From NCBI RefSeq assembly GCF_000008665.1, contig NC_000917.1, positions 2,040,001-2,072,000 on the forward strand: a stretch of 32,000 bases of DNA, read 5' to 3'. Position numbers and translations under genes: made by a program. The stretch comes from Archaeoglobus fulgidus DSM 4304 (GTDB taxonomy: Archaea > Halobacteriota > Archaeoglobi > Archaeoglobales > Archaeoglobaceae). Shown here one piece after another: positions 16,335 to 24,350 of the stretch (positions are counted from its first letter, which is position 1; every line of letters starts with the position of its first letter). A model generated the notes under the pieces. The model did no database searches, was not told the origin of the DNA, and saw only the letters and a list, made by a program, of their open reading frames with translations.

Positions 16335-17417
16335 CTAGCTTTCCGGCACTTCTGTCAGATACCTCTTGAAGAGGGCGTAGAATGCTGCTGTTAAGAAAAC
16401 GGCGAGGCTTACGAGCAGGAAGGCCATGATTACGTAAACTGCAACCATTGGAACCTCTATGTAGAGATTGGAGAAGGCGGCAATGGGAATCCCTTCGCTG
16501 CCTGTAACCACCATGTACGGATACCTTGCTCCGCTGTTCATCAGCTCTCCGAAAAAGACCGCTGATAAGGCAAGAATCAGCGAGTATTTTGTGTAAGAAG
16601 CGCTCTCCCTTATGTAGCCCAGAATGCCGAGAACGAGGAGGGCTGTAACCACTGCTATTTTGGCGGCGAAAGCGGGGGCGAAGGAGCCAAAGGTAACGCT
16701 TGAGAACATGTAAGGAGAGTAGTCGTGGAGTGAAGCCCAGAAGATAACACCCATCGGAATCTGGATCAGAAGGAAACCCAGACCGTAGAGATATCCCACT
16801 CTTATCCCATCAGAGTCTCCTTCGAGGGACATCAGGTATGCAACAACAAATCCTCCTACTGACATCACAGCAAAGAGCGTGTGGAGGTAAAGCAGCCAGA
16901 AGAAGGGGTTTGCATAAGCTGCAAGTGGAGAAACGGCTGAGGTTGTGAGGTATTCAGCAACAGCAGTGGGTGCGGTGATTTCAGAGAAAATGGCCCTGAA
17001 TCCCAAGGGAATGGTGAAGCCTGACACCGCCATCACAATTCCAATGAAGCTGTGGTATCTGGGATGTATCTTGCCCCAAGTGTACCAGAAAATGCCTATG
17101 CTCGGAATTCTGACCATGATTGATATCAGGGCGATGAGCAGCGGAACAAAAAGGACGTTGGTTGCAAGCGCTGTTAAAGTAGGGAAGAATCCTGCGAGAA
17201 AGACCGTGATTATCGTCCCCCAAACTCCTGAGAAGAGCTCCAAAACCACCATAACCTTAAAGACCTTCCTTGAGAACATTTCGAGGTAACTGTCGTTGCT
17301 GAGATAGGCTTTAAGGCGAGAGTAGGCAGCAATCCAGCCAACGCCGATTGTGATGGATACGAAGATTATGTGGAGCAGCACAGCAAAACCGAGCCCGAAA
17401 AAGCCCACCTCACTCAT
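16335..17417 (-). CDS. Cytochrome bd-family subunit, CydA-like paralog (CydA' type) in the place of CydB
   Basis: Shares CydA-type helices with the upstream gene: VLLHIIFVSITIGVGWIA vs IYIHAVFLSITLGFPLVI, and LLYLHTLFAVMSVGGFVVAYLM vs ISALHALFAAFSVGVSIALLAF. It lacks the GRxPW motif. A GGTGA Shine-Dalgarno-like element lies 5 nt upstream of ATG 17417, so the track start at 17492 is unlikely. Confidence 0.8.
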   Translation of the reverse strand: MSEVGFFGLGFAVLLHIIFVSITIGVGWIAAYSRLKAYLSNDSYLEMFSRKVFKVMVVLELFSGVWGTIITVFLAGFFPTLTALATNVLFVPLLIALISIMVRIPSIGIFWYTWGKIHPRYHSFIGIVMAVSGFTIPLGFRAIFSEITAPTAVAEYLTTSAVSPLAAYANPFFWLLYLHTLFAVMSVGGFVVAYLMSLEGDSDGIRVGYLYGLGFLLIQIPMGVIFWASLHDYSPYMFSSVTFGSFAPAFAAKIAVVTALLVLGILGYIRESASYTKYSLILALSAVFFGELMNSGARYPYMVVTGSEGIPIAAFSNLYIEVPMVAVYVIMAFLLVSLAVFLTAAFYALFKRYLTEVPES

Positions 17418-19017
17418 TCTCATCACCTCTGAAGAGGTACCTGTATCCTCTCGTTGCAACGAAATACATCGAGACCATACCAAAGGCAGCAATGGCAGCT
17501 ATTATTACGCCCATGAACACCGCAAACTCAAAGCTTCTCCCGTAGCCCACCACCGTTACAAGCTCCTCAGGATATAGAATTCCGTAAACGGTCCACGGCT
17601 TCCTTCCCACTTCCCTGACGTACCAGCCCAACACTGATGGAACCGCAGCCCCGAGGAAAACTCCAATGGGTAGAATCAACATAGCTCTTCTGCCAAGAAT
17701 TCTGTCCACCAGCGAAGAGAGCAGCGGAAGCTTCCTGAAGTGGGCGAAGAGGGCTATGGCCGACACAAAGCCGATAACGCCGAAGGCTATCTTGGTGTAG
17801 TAGGCAGCGTGAACCACAGCAATTCTGCTCTCAGCCTTCTTTAAGTCGGCAAGGCATATCTGCCTCAGCTCCGTATTCCAGGCATTCTGAATCTCTTCCG
17901 AGCCAACCTTTACCCCAACCTGCTTGGCTGTTGCGATAGCAGCATCCATGGTTATCCCAAGCTGTCCAGCCAAATCTCCAAGCTCTGCATCACCTAGGGA
18001 GTTGCACTGCCTCTCAAACTCATCAAAGCCAACAATCGGCCTTGATGGGTCGCCGTAGGCAACAAGGGCAATCATTGGATTGTAGAAGGTTTCCTTAGCA
18101 TTTTCCATCATGGCAAACTTTGTTGGGTTCATCTCCACAACTCCGTCTCCCATGAAGTGGCCCAGAATTGTCGGCTGGATGAGGAAAAGCACGAGAATTA
18201 CAAGTGAAGCAACTTTTGCCGCTTTCAAATTCCTTTTCTCACCGCCTGTGTAATATCTGAGGGAGAAGGCAAGCAGGGCTATGGAAACTCCAACGGAGAA
18301 GGCTGCAAAGAGCGCATGAAGGGCGGAGATAGCTGCGAATGGGTTAAAGATTGCAACGTACGGGTCTGTTAGAATTACTCCGACCTTCCCTGCCACCTCT
18401 GGATTCTGGATTATTGCCTGAATGGGCATTCCCGAAGCGATGGCCAGAATTTTCAGAATTACAAGCTTCTGGGCATCTGCAGCAAGCCCGCCAAATTCAG
18501 GCATGAAGGGATAAATTGACTTGGCAATGGGTCCAGTTCCCCAAGGAGCTACAAGCCACGAGTTCACGCTCATTATCAGAACGCCTGAAAGGGCTGCAAA
18601 AATCCAGTAAACGGCGAGAATGGCAATGCTGTAGGAAGTTCTTATGCGGCCAAGAGTCACTATGAAGAGAACAAGGGTGGCGATTTCGTTGGCAAAGGCG
18701 AGGAGCTCAAGGGCGAGGGGGGCAAAGGCAAAGCTCGCTATGGCGAGAATCGTCCCGGGCCACGCCTGAACCAGACCGAACTCCACAAGAGTTCCCGTCA
18801 CAGCACCAAGGGCGAAGTTTATGGCAAGAACCGCAGTCATAATCTTTGCAGTTTTGAAGTAGTCCTCGTCGCCAGATTTGCTGTATTTCAAGAGCAGACC
18901 AATTATCACCAGCGGAAAGCCGAGTGTTATGCTCAGGAACACTGCGTGGATGTAAATACCAAGGGCAGACAGTCCCAGCAACCAGCTTGCATCTATGATG
19001 GTCTCACCTCCCGACAC
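17410..19017 (-). CDS. cydA: Cytochrome bd-type quinol oxidase subunit I (CydA family)
   Basis: 535 aa with an N-terminal His helix (YIHAVFLSITLG), a hydrophilic Q-loop-like region and the signature LGWYVREVGRKPWTVYG. GTG start at 19017. Confidence 0.9.
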   Translation of the reverse strand: MSGGETIIDASWLLGLSALGIYIHAVFLSITLGFPLVIIGLLLKYSKSGDEDYFKTAKIMTAVLAINFALGAVTGTLVEFGLVQAWPGTILAIASFAFAPLALELLAFANEIATLVLFIVTLGRIRTSYSIAILAVYWIFAALSGVLIMSVNSWLVAPWGTGPIAKSIYPFMPEFGGLAADAQKLVILKILAIASGMPIQAIIQNPEVAGKVGVILTDPYVAIFNPFAAISALHALFAAFSVGVSIALLAFSLRYYTGGEKRNLKAAKVASLVILVLFLIQPTILGHFMGDGVVEMNPTKFAMMENAKETFYNPMIALVAYGDPSRPIVGFDEFERQCNSLGDAELGDLAGQLGITMDAAIATAKQVGVKVGSEEIQNAWNTELRQICLADLKKAESRIAVVHAAYYTKIAFGVIGFVSAIALFAHFRKLPLLSSLVDRILGRRAMLILPIGVFLGAAVPSVLGWYVREVGRKPWTVYGILYPEELVTVVGYGRSFEFAVFMGVIIAAIAAFGMVSMYFVATRGYRYLFRGDENE

Positions 19018-19070
19018 TTAACTATAATCTACATAAAATTTAATCTTTTCGTTCGATTATCGAAAGCAAA

Positions 19071-19079
19071 TTTTTTAAA
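19071..19079 (+). promoter_or_regulatory. BRE/TATA candidate for the small ORF at 19101
   Basis: CGAAAGC (BRE-like, 19061-19067) is followed by TTTTTTAAA, whose centre is about 26 nt upstream of ATG 19101. This is leaderless geometry. Confidence 0.4.
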
Positions 19080-19100
19080 CGATTTATTGTTAGTAGAACC

Positions 19101-19208
19101 ATGGAAGAGAAAAAGAAAAAGGAGTACTACGAGGGGGAGGAGGTTAAGGCCGAGAAGAAGAAGCTCTACTACTACGGCGAGGAGACGAAAGCAGAAAAGA
19201 AGGAATAG
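19101..19208 (+). CDS. Candidate 35-aa K/E/Y-rich small protein with an internal tandem repeat (not in the ORF track)
   Basis: My translation is MEEKKKKEYYEGEEVKAEKKKLYYYGEETKAEKKE*. It contains two units of YY-x-GEE-x-KAEKK, uses host-typical AAG/GAG codons and has its own BRE/TATA at the right distance. It overlaps the low-complexity 3' tail of convergent priS by 65 nt. Confidence 0.4.
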   Translation: MEEKKKKEYYEGEEVKAEKKKLYYYGEETKAEKKE

Positions 19209-19962
19209 AGTGGTTGCGTGGATCGAAAGCAGGAAGCTCTTCAATGCTTAGAGGGGAGCAAATCCTTGAAACGAGCCCGTTGAGGGAATAAGGTAGCCTT
19301 ATCAACCTCATTTCTCCGTTGGTTACCCACTCGTCAATGGCGTAGTGTGAATAGGCTTTGGCCAGCTCCACCCGCTCCTCTCTGCTCATCTTTAACGCTT
19401 TTCTGTCGAAAACATGGATGTGGAATCCCCTGCCTGAGAAAACCACTCTCAACTTTTTGTATTCAGCCCTGAGCTCGTCGTAAAGGCTTAAGGTAAGCTT
19501 TCTCACTTTTTTGAACTCAAGCATGCAGAAGCTCAGCCCCTCCCCCCTCTTCATCTTGTCCTCTATGCTTCCGTGGTAGGGGCAGGAAACGTTCTCAGGG
19601 TCGATGTCGAATGCAAGCTCCTGTCCCAGAAAGTTCTCACAACCCCAGCAGTTTTTGTAGTCGCATCCTCTCTCAACGCACAGCTTAATGTCTGAGTAGA
19701 CGTTGCGGTCGTAGTAAACCCCCTCAGGCAGATACTGCAGAATGTAGTCGAGGACATCCGCCAAACCTTTGTGCTCGTCGATGATTACAGCCTTTCTCTT
19801 TATGTCCTCATATTCCGGGAGGTAAATGTCGGAGTGCCTTCCGATGATTACCGCAAAGGCGGTGTTGCCTATATCCCTCCAGCCAAGCCATTTCTCAACC
19901 CTATCGAGGCTGAACTCGTAGCGGTAGAAGCTCTCCCTCTCTCTTAAGGTTGATGGGCGCAT
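19144..19962 (-). CDS. priS: DNA primase small (catalytic) subunit PriS (archaeo-eukaryotic primase)
   Basis: AEP motifs ELAFDIDPEN (DxD), VVFSGRGFHIHVF (SGxGxH) and RLIRLPYSLNGLVSRICSPL, plus a Zn-knuckle Cys/His cluster (CVERGCDYKNCWGC...CPYH). The start is chosen at ATG 19962 (MRPSTLRERESFYRYEF...); the track start at 20049 would overlap the upstream gene. Confidence 0.85.
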   Translation of the reverse strand: MRPSTLRERESFYRYEFSLDRVEKWLGWRDIGNTAFAVIIGRHSDIYLPEYEDIKRKAVIIDEHKGLADVLDYILQYLPEGVYYDRNVYSDIKLCVERGCDYKNCWGCENFLGQELAFDIDPENVSCPYHGSIEDKMKRGEGLSFCMLEFKKVRKLTLSLYDELRAEYKKLRVVFSGRGFHIHVFDRKALKMSREERVELAKAYSHYAIDEWVTNGEMRLIRLPYSLNGLVSRICSPLSIEELPAFDPRNHSIPSFLLSSPRRSSRASSSRP

Positions 19963-20020
19963 CCCCTTTGGAAAGCGGTATTTCACGATTAAAGTTGGTT
20001 GAAATAATATAACACCTTCG

Positions 20021-21055
20021 CTAGTTCGTGTAACTTCTGAGTGCAACAATCCTCCTCAAAGCCTCAAAGTTTCCGAGTAAGGCAATGATAACGAGTGCCA
20101 AGGAAGGAAGGTTAACAACCGAGCATGCGAAGATTATGAGGAGGCGAAAGTCCCTCGTAATTGGTATTGCAAAGCCTTCCGGGCTGTAGGTTCTCATGTA
20201 GGCGGCAACAAACTTGTCTCCCGTGTAAGCAATCATGAGTGAGGCGAAGGCAGCGAGAAAGCCGATTATCCAGTAAACGGGATTGGATGCTGAGAGGACG
20301 TAGGTTATGGAGAAAACGATAATGAAATCAGAATACCTGTCGAGAACGCCATCAAGCCAAGCACCATACTTGGACTCCATGAACTTGAGCCTTGCAATCT
20401 CCCCGTCGCAGCCGTCAATAATGCTGTGTAGCTGGATAATTACTCCAGCCAGAAGAGTTGTGAGATAGCTATTGAGGAGAAAGAGTGCTGAGCCTACTAA
20501 GGAAAGGAAAAAGGAGAACACCGTTATCTGGTTGGGAGTGACGCTGGTGTCGGCGAGAAGCCTTGAAATCCTTAGGGAGACTTTCCTGTTGATTTCTCTT
20601 GCAATCCACCCGTCGTAGTAAGCTGGCTTCAATCCCGTTCTTTTAGCCTTGATGAGGGAGCTCAGAAGGAGCTTTTCTGCTGTCTTGAGGTTGTCGTTGG
20701 AGAGTTTGATAGCCCATATCTCGTAACTTTCCAGATTGTTCAGAGAAAGGTATTTTTCTATGGACGATTGCAGGTTACCATCAAATACAGTCCTGAAATC
20801 CCCTCCAAAAAAGTATCCTACTGTAAAACCATCGGAAACAAGTATTTTCCTGCCTTCCAGCAGCAAGTCTCTCTCAAGGATGAGAACTGGCTCAAGAATA
20901 ATTAAATAATCCTCAGCCTCTTCCAGTGAGAGTTCGTCGAAAAATCTCACATCAAAGCCTGCCCTCTGGAGAGTCTTTTCTATCCTCTCTCTGAGCGTTA
21001 ATCCAAGCAGCTTTTCCCCGTAAATCTCATGGTTTTTAACGTACGCTAACCTCAT
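20021..21055 (-). CDS. CDP-alcohol phosphotransferase with an N-terminal cytoplasmic (nucleotidyltransferase-like) domain
   Basis: Signature DGCDGEIARLKFMESKYGAWLDGVLDRYSD (D-x2-DG-x2-AR...G-x3-D-x3-D), followed by TM helices. The roughly 130-aa soluble N-domain recalls AF2299 (from memory). ATGA overlap with the dys stop. Confidence 0.92.
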   Translation of the reverse strand: MRLAYVKNHEIYGEKLLGLTLRERIEKTLQRAGFDVRFFDELSLEEAEDYLIILEPVLILERDLLLEGRKILVSDGFTVGYFFGGDFRTVFDGNLQSSIEKYLSLNNLESYEIWAIKLSNDNLKTAEKLLLSSLIKAKRTGLKPAYYDGWIAREINRKVSLRISRLLADTSVTPNQITVFSFFLSLVGSALFLLNSYLTTLLAGVIIQLHSIIDGCDGEIARLKFMESKYGAWLDGVLDRYSDFIIVFSITYVLSASNPVYWIIGFLAAFASLMIAYTGDKFVAAYMRTYSPEGFAIPITRDFRLLIIFACSVVNLPSLALVIIALLGNFEALRRIVALRSYTN

Positions 21056-21948
21056 AATCCGTTAAAGATAGGATACTTTTGCCTCCTAATTCCAATTAGC
21101 CCGTGAGCCAGAACTGGCAAAGCGATGGTAGCATCGCAGTTTACCTGCACCTTCTTGGCCTTGCCGCTTATCTTGCCCCAGCTGACCCCCTCCTCAAAGG
21201 TGCAGCCGCTCAGCCCTCCAAACTGCGGGACGTCTGTTGTTATCTGAATGGCATATTCGTGGCCTCTGACGTCGTAGCCTTTAAGCCTCGCCACAACCTC
21301 GGTCTGCTGGATGAAGTTCTTCGGCACTCCTCCACCAACATAAATGACCCCTGTTTTTTCTGAATTCACCACTATCTCAGTGAGCTCTTCAACGTCCCTA
21401 ATTGTGTCTATAACCACCTCTCTTTTGGCTAAGGCGGCAGCTATGCCGATGGAGCTGTCAGCTATTGCCGGACTGAATATCGGGACTTTTGACTCGTAAG
21501 CTGCAATAACAATGGAGTTTCTGTCCTTGACGTTGAGTCTCCCTGCAATCTCCTCAAGGAATTCTCTTGAAGACATAACTCCACTCATCTCTGAGATTAT
21601 CTCTGCAAGAGTGTAGTCAATTACGTTGAACTCCTTTTCGTAGGCAAAGACGTCGTGAATCCTGTCGATTCCCTCTTCAAAAAGCTTGCAATCGTTTACG
21701 TGCTCGCTGCCCATAAAATGCCTGAACCCCATCGCCTCGTGGATGTCGTGGAAGAGATTCGCCCCCGTGGAAACCAGAACGTCAATGTAGCGGTTTCTTA
21801 TGAGCCATGCGATTATCTTCCTCATCCCTGCAGGAACCATAGCCCCGCTGAGCCCCATCAGAATCGTTATGTTCTCCTCCCGAAGCATTTCGGTCCAGAT
21901 TTCAAAGGCTTCTCCCAGCTTCCTCCCCTGAAATCCCGTCCTTGCCAT
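21052..21948 (-). CDS. dys: Deoxyhypusine synthase (5' end possibly extends to 22007 across a frameshift)
   Basis: Motifs TGFQGRKLGEAFEIW, LSGAMVPAGMR, VSTGANLFHDIHEA and GGGVPKNF. At 298 aa it is short for the family (see finding). Confidence 0.93.
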   Translation of the reverse strand: MARTGFQGRKLGEAFEIWTEMLREENITILMGLSGAMVPAGMRKIIAWLIRNRYIDVLVSTGANLFHDIHEAMGFRHFMGSEHVNDCKLFEEGIDRIHDVFAYEKEFNVIDYTLAEIISEMSGVMSSREFLEEIAGRLNVKDRNSIVIAAYESKVPIFSPAIADSSIGIAAALAKREVVIDTIRDVEELTEIVVNSEKTGVIYVGGGVPKNFIQQTEVVARLKGYDVRGHEYAIQITTDVPQFGGLSGCTFEEGVSWGKISGKAKKVQVNCDATIALPVLAHGLIGIRRQKYPIFNGL

Positions 21949-22008
21949 TGATGAAAGCAGTTCTGCGAAGTCTTCTCGTAAACCTCAATCGGCTCTGTCG
22001 GCCTCATT

Positions 22009-22569
22009 TCAGATCACGAAAACGGCAGCGGCAACAACGGTTGTGCAGTCCTCAACATCAGCCTCAACCGTGATGTTGAACGTCCTTGCAGGCTCTATTT
22101 CGAAAGCTGTCTTAAGCATGTAGGCCGCGCTCTCCTCCGCGTGCCTTCCAGCATCCTCTCCATTGCAGTATCCGTGGTATTCGGTTAGATATCCGTTTAG
22201 CGAGGGGTCGGGAGGAATCGCAGCCCCAACGCTGGCGAAAATCCTCTTCCCCTGCTCGTTGCTTGTCATTCTGGACATCACGCAGAAGACTATCTGTCCC
22301 GGAAAGAGCTCCGACAATCCCTTTTCAGCTTCCACAATCTCGCAGTAAGGTGGGTAAATGCTGCTTACAGTGACGAGGTTGAACTTCTCTATCCCCGCAT
22401 CTCTCAGAGCGAGTTCAAAGCTCACCAGAGGGTCGGTGTGCCTGCCAACGCCTTTGGTGAAGAACACTTTTCTCGGCAGCAATTTGGGTGGAGAAATTAC
22501 CTGAGTTTCGCTTCTGGGCTCTGAGACTCCCTTAATCCCGTCCAATCCTTCGTTAATCGCCTCGAACAT
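22009..22569 (-). CDS. pdaD: Pyruvoyl-dependent arginine decarboxylase
   Basis: PdaD-family pattern FFTKGVGRH...FNLVTVSSIYPP (Ser-Ser self-cleavage site)...GYLTEYHG. A CTTAAATA TATA and an AGGTG Shine-Dalgarno-like element lie upstream of ATG 22569. Confidence 0.9.
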   Translation of the reverse strand: MFEAINEGLDGIKGVSEPRSETQVISPPKLLPRKVFFTKGVGRHTDPLVSFELALRDAGIEKFNLVTVSSIYPPYCEIVEAEKGLSELFPGQIVFCVMSRMTSNEQGKRIFASVGAAIPPDPSLNGYLTEYHGYCNGEDAGRHAEESAAYMLKTAFEIEPARTFNITVEADVEDCTTVVAAAVFVI

Positions 22570-22805
22570 TTCCGTACACCTTACGGTTTAGTATACGCTG
22601 AGTATTTAAGCATTGCTTTAATTTGATTTGCCAGATGCTGATAAAATTCCACAAAACGTAACTAAATCGAAATCAGGCCATTTTTAGCGATATTTTGCAC
22701 GAAAATTAAAATCTGGAATAAAAATTTTGATTAAGAGATAAATAATAAAATTAAAATTAGGAAATTAATTATTTGACATTCGTATAAAAATTCTGAACCG
22801 ATAAC

Positions 22806-22830
22806 CAGATGATAAGATTTATATCATCTG
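22806..22830. promoter_or_regulatory. Perfect 9-bp inverted repeat (CAGATGATA-N7-TATCATCTG) straddling the TATA-like element of the RLAN/ATP-grasp operon
   Basis: Read directly from the sequence. The arms are 22806-22814 and 22822-22830. The spacer AGATTTA plus the right arm form GATTTATAT, about 28 nt upstream of ATG 22848. Confidence 0.5.
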
Positions 22831-22847
22831 TGTAAGACTTTAATAAC

Positions 22848-23474
22848 ATGATTTTAGTCGGTGACGGCGAGGATTTGGAGCCTCCGGATGATTTTTTAAG
22901 GCGAGAGGTGGCTGACAGCGTTTTAAATTTGCTTGGCGACTATAGATTTTTGACAAAGGGCTATTTTGTGTCTCTGCATGCTGAAGAAAATGGCTGTGAG
23001 GTTTTTCCTCCCGTCAAAAACGCCCTCGATGCGTACAGAGCGCCTCTTTTCATGAACGCCGTGAGGAAGCTCGGTCTGGAAACGCCTGAGTTCAGCATTC
23101 GCTCAGAACCTAAATTCGAGCGAGGAGTGCTTTTACCACTGAACCCATTCTCCAAGAACTCAGCAAAGGTTGTGAAAACCAGCCATCAGTATGCAAAAGC
23201 CTTCAAAAGGTTAAGCATGAACCGCTATCCAGTGGTGCAGGTGAAATCCGAAAAATACGACTCCTTCAACCTTTACCTTTGGAGAGCTGACAAGGAGGAG
23301 TACAATTTCATAGCGGAGAAAATTTTCAAAGGCCTCAGAATACCGCTCGGTAAGGTTCTTGTTGACGTTACCGACGGAATGGCAAAGCCCTTCTACTTCA
23401 TGCCCGTCGAAAAGGGTGAGATAAATCTAAGGCTCGTTTTTGAGGTGCTTTATGAAAATTGCCTGCTTCGCTGA
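22848..23474 (+). CDS. RLAN-like protein (RimK-like ATP-grasp N-terminal domain) encoded as a separate polypeptide
   Basis: 208 aa. YRFLTKGYFVSLHAEENGCEVFPPVKNALDAYRAPLF matches my memory of the RLAN signature (Y-x-Y-x-S-x-GYY-x-SLLAE-x-RG-x-x-V-x-P). Its 3' end overlaps the ATP-grasp start by 23 nt. Confidence 0.6.
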   Translation: MILVGDGEDLEPPDDFLRREVADSVLNLLGDYRFLTKGYFVSLHAEENGCEVFPPVKNALDAYRAPLFMNAVRKLGLETPEFSIRSEPKFERGVLLPLNPFSKNSAKVVKTSHQYAKAFKRLSMNRYPVVQVKSEKYDSFNLYLWRADKEEYNFIAEKIFKGLRIPLGKVLVDVTDGMAKPFYFMPVEKGEINLRLVFEVLYENCLLR

Positions 23475-24312
23475 AAGCTACAACTTCAAGAGCAAAGAGG
23501 AAAGACAGGCCATGGAAATCTTCAAATCCACCGCTGAAAGCATGGGCCACAGCTTCGATGTTCTTGGAAAGGAAATCCTTTCGAGGATTGACGATTACGA
23601 CTCAATTTTCATTAGAGCAACAACCGACCCGCTCTTCGTATCTTACGTTGTGTCAAGGCTGGCTGAGGAGAAGGGAAAGAAGGTCATAGACGATTCCGAG
23701 AGCATCAGAATCTGCTCCAACAAGATAGACATGTACAAAAGGCTCATGAAAAATTCCGTCAGAATTCCAAAAACCCTGTTCTTCTACGGCGACTTTGAAA
23801 ACCTTGAGAGCTATGCTGAACAGCTCGGATACCCTGTTGTGGTTAAAAGTCCGAATTCGAGGTTCTCTCTGTATGTGGAGAAGGCTAACAGCTATCAGGA
23901 GCTGGTTAAAACAGCAAAGAGGTTCATGAAGAGGAGCAAGGCTCTGATTCTGCAGGAATACTTGCCCACAGCATTCGACTGGAGGGTTGGAGTGCTGAAA
24001 GGAGAGGTAATCTACGTATGCAAGTACTTAATGCCGAAGGGTGGTTGGAAGGTCTGCGACAATGTAGAGGGAAAGAAGACGTGGGGAGACGTGAGGGCAA
24101 TTAAGGTCAAAAACGCTCCCACAGAGCTGAGAAAAACTGCGGTGATGGCTGCGAAGAGCATAGGGGACGGGCTGTATGGAGTGGACATAAAAGAGGTCAA
24201 TGGCTGTTACTACGTTATAGAGGTCAACGACAATCCCACAATTATGCACGGCTACGAGGATGCCAAGAATCCTGAGCTTTACCAAAAGATTATTCAGGCT
24301 CTGGTAGGCTGA
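23452..24312 (+). CDS. RimK-family ATP-grasp ligase (alpha-L-glutamate-ligase-like)
   Basis: ATP-grasp pattern YPVVVKSPNSRFS...ALILQEYLP...DWRVGVL...YGVDIKEVNGCYYVIEVNDNPTI. A GAGGTG Shine-Dalgarno-like element lies 4 nt before ATG 23452 (the track start TTG 23440 is less likely). Confidence 0.9.
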   Translation: MKIACFAESYNFKSKEERQAMEIFKSTAESMGHSFDVLGKEILSRIDDYDSIFIRATTDPLFVSYVVSRLAEEKGKKVIDDSESIRICSNKIDMYKRLMKNSVRIPKTLFFYGDFENLESYAEQLGYPVVVKSPNSRFSLYVEKANSYQELVKTAKRFMKRSKALILQEYLPTAFDWRVGVLKGEVIYVCKYLMPKGGWKVCDNVEGKKTWGDVRAIKVKNAPTELRKTAVMAAKSIGDGLYGVDIKEVNGCYYVIEVNDNPTIMHGYEDAKNPELYQKIIQALVG

Positions 24313-24350
24313 ACCATTTGATTTTAATATTTTAAGGGTGAGGGATTACT

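Noticed and set aside
17418-17492. Upstream extension of the CydA' ORF
   Set aside because: It overlaps the cydA 3' end by 83 nt. The Shine-Dalgarno-like GGTGA is correctly spaced only for ATG 17417.
18946-19251. 101-aa Arg-rich plus-strand ORF and 71-aa minus-strand ORF (19029-19244)
   Set aside because: They are alternative-frame readings of the same purine-rich K/E-coding stretch. They span the cydA start and promoter region and have low-complexity RRRR / LLFLF content.
22620-22847. AT-rich 230-bp spacer as a replication origin
   Set aside because: I could recognise no ORB-like long inverted repeats flanking an unwinding element, and no cdc6/orc1 gene is adjacent. The repeats present are short and better explained as promoter or operator elements.
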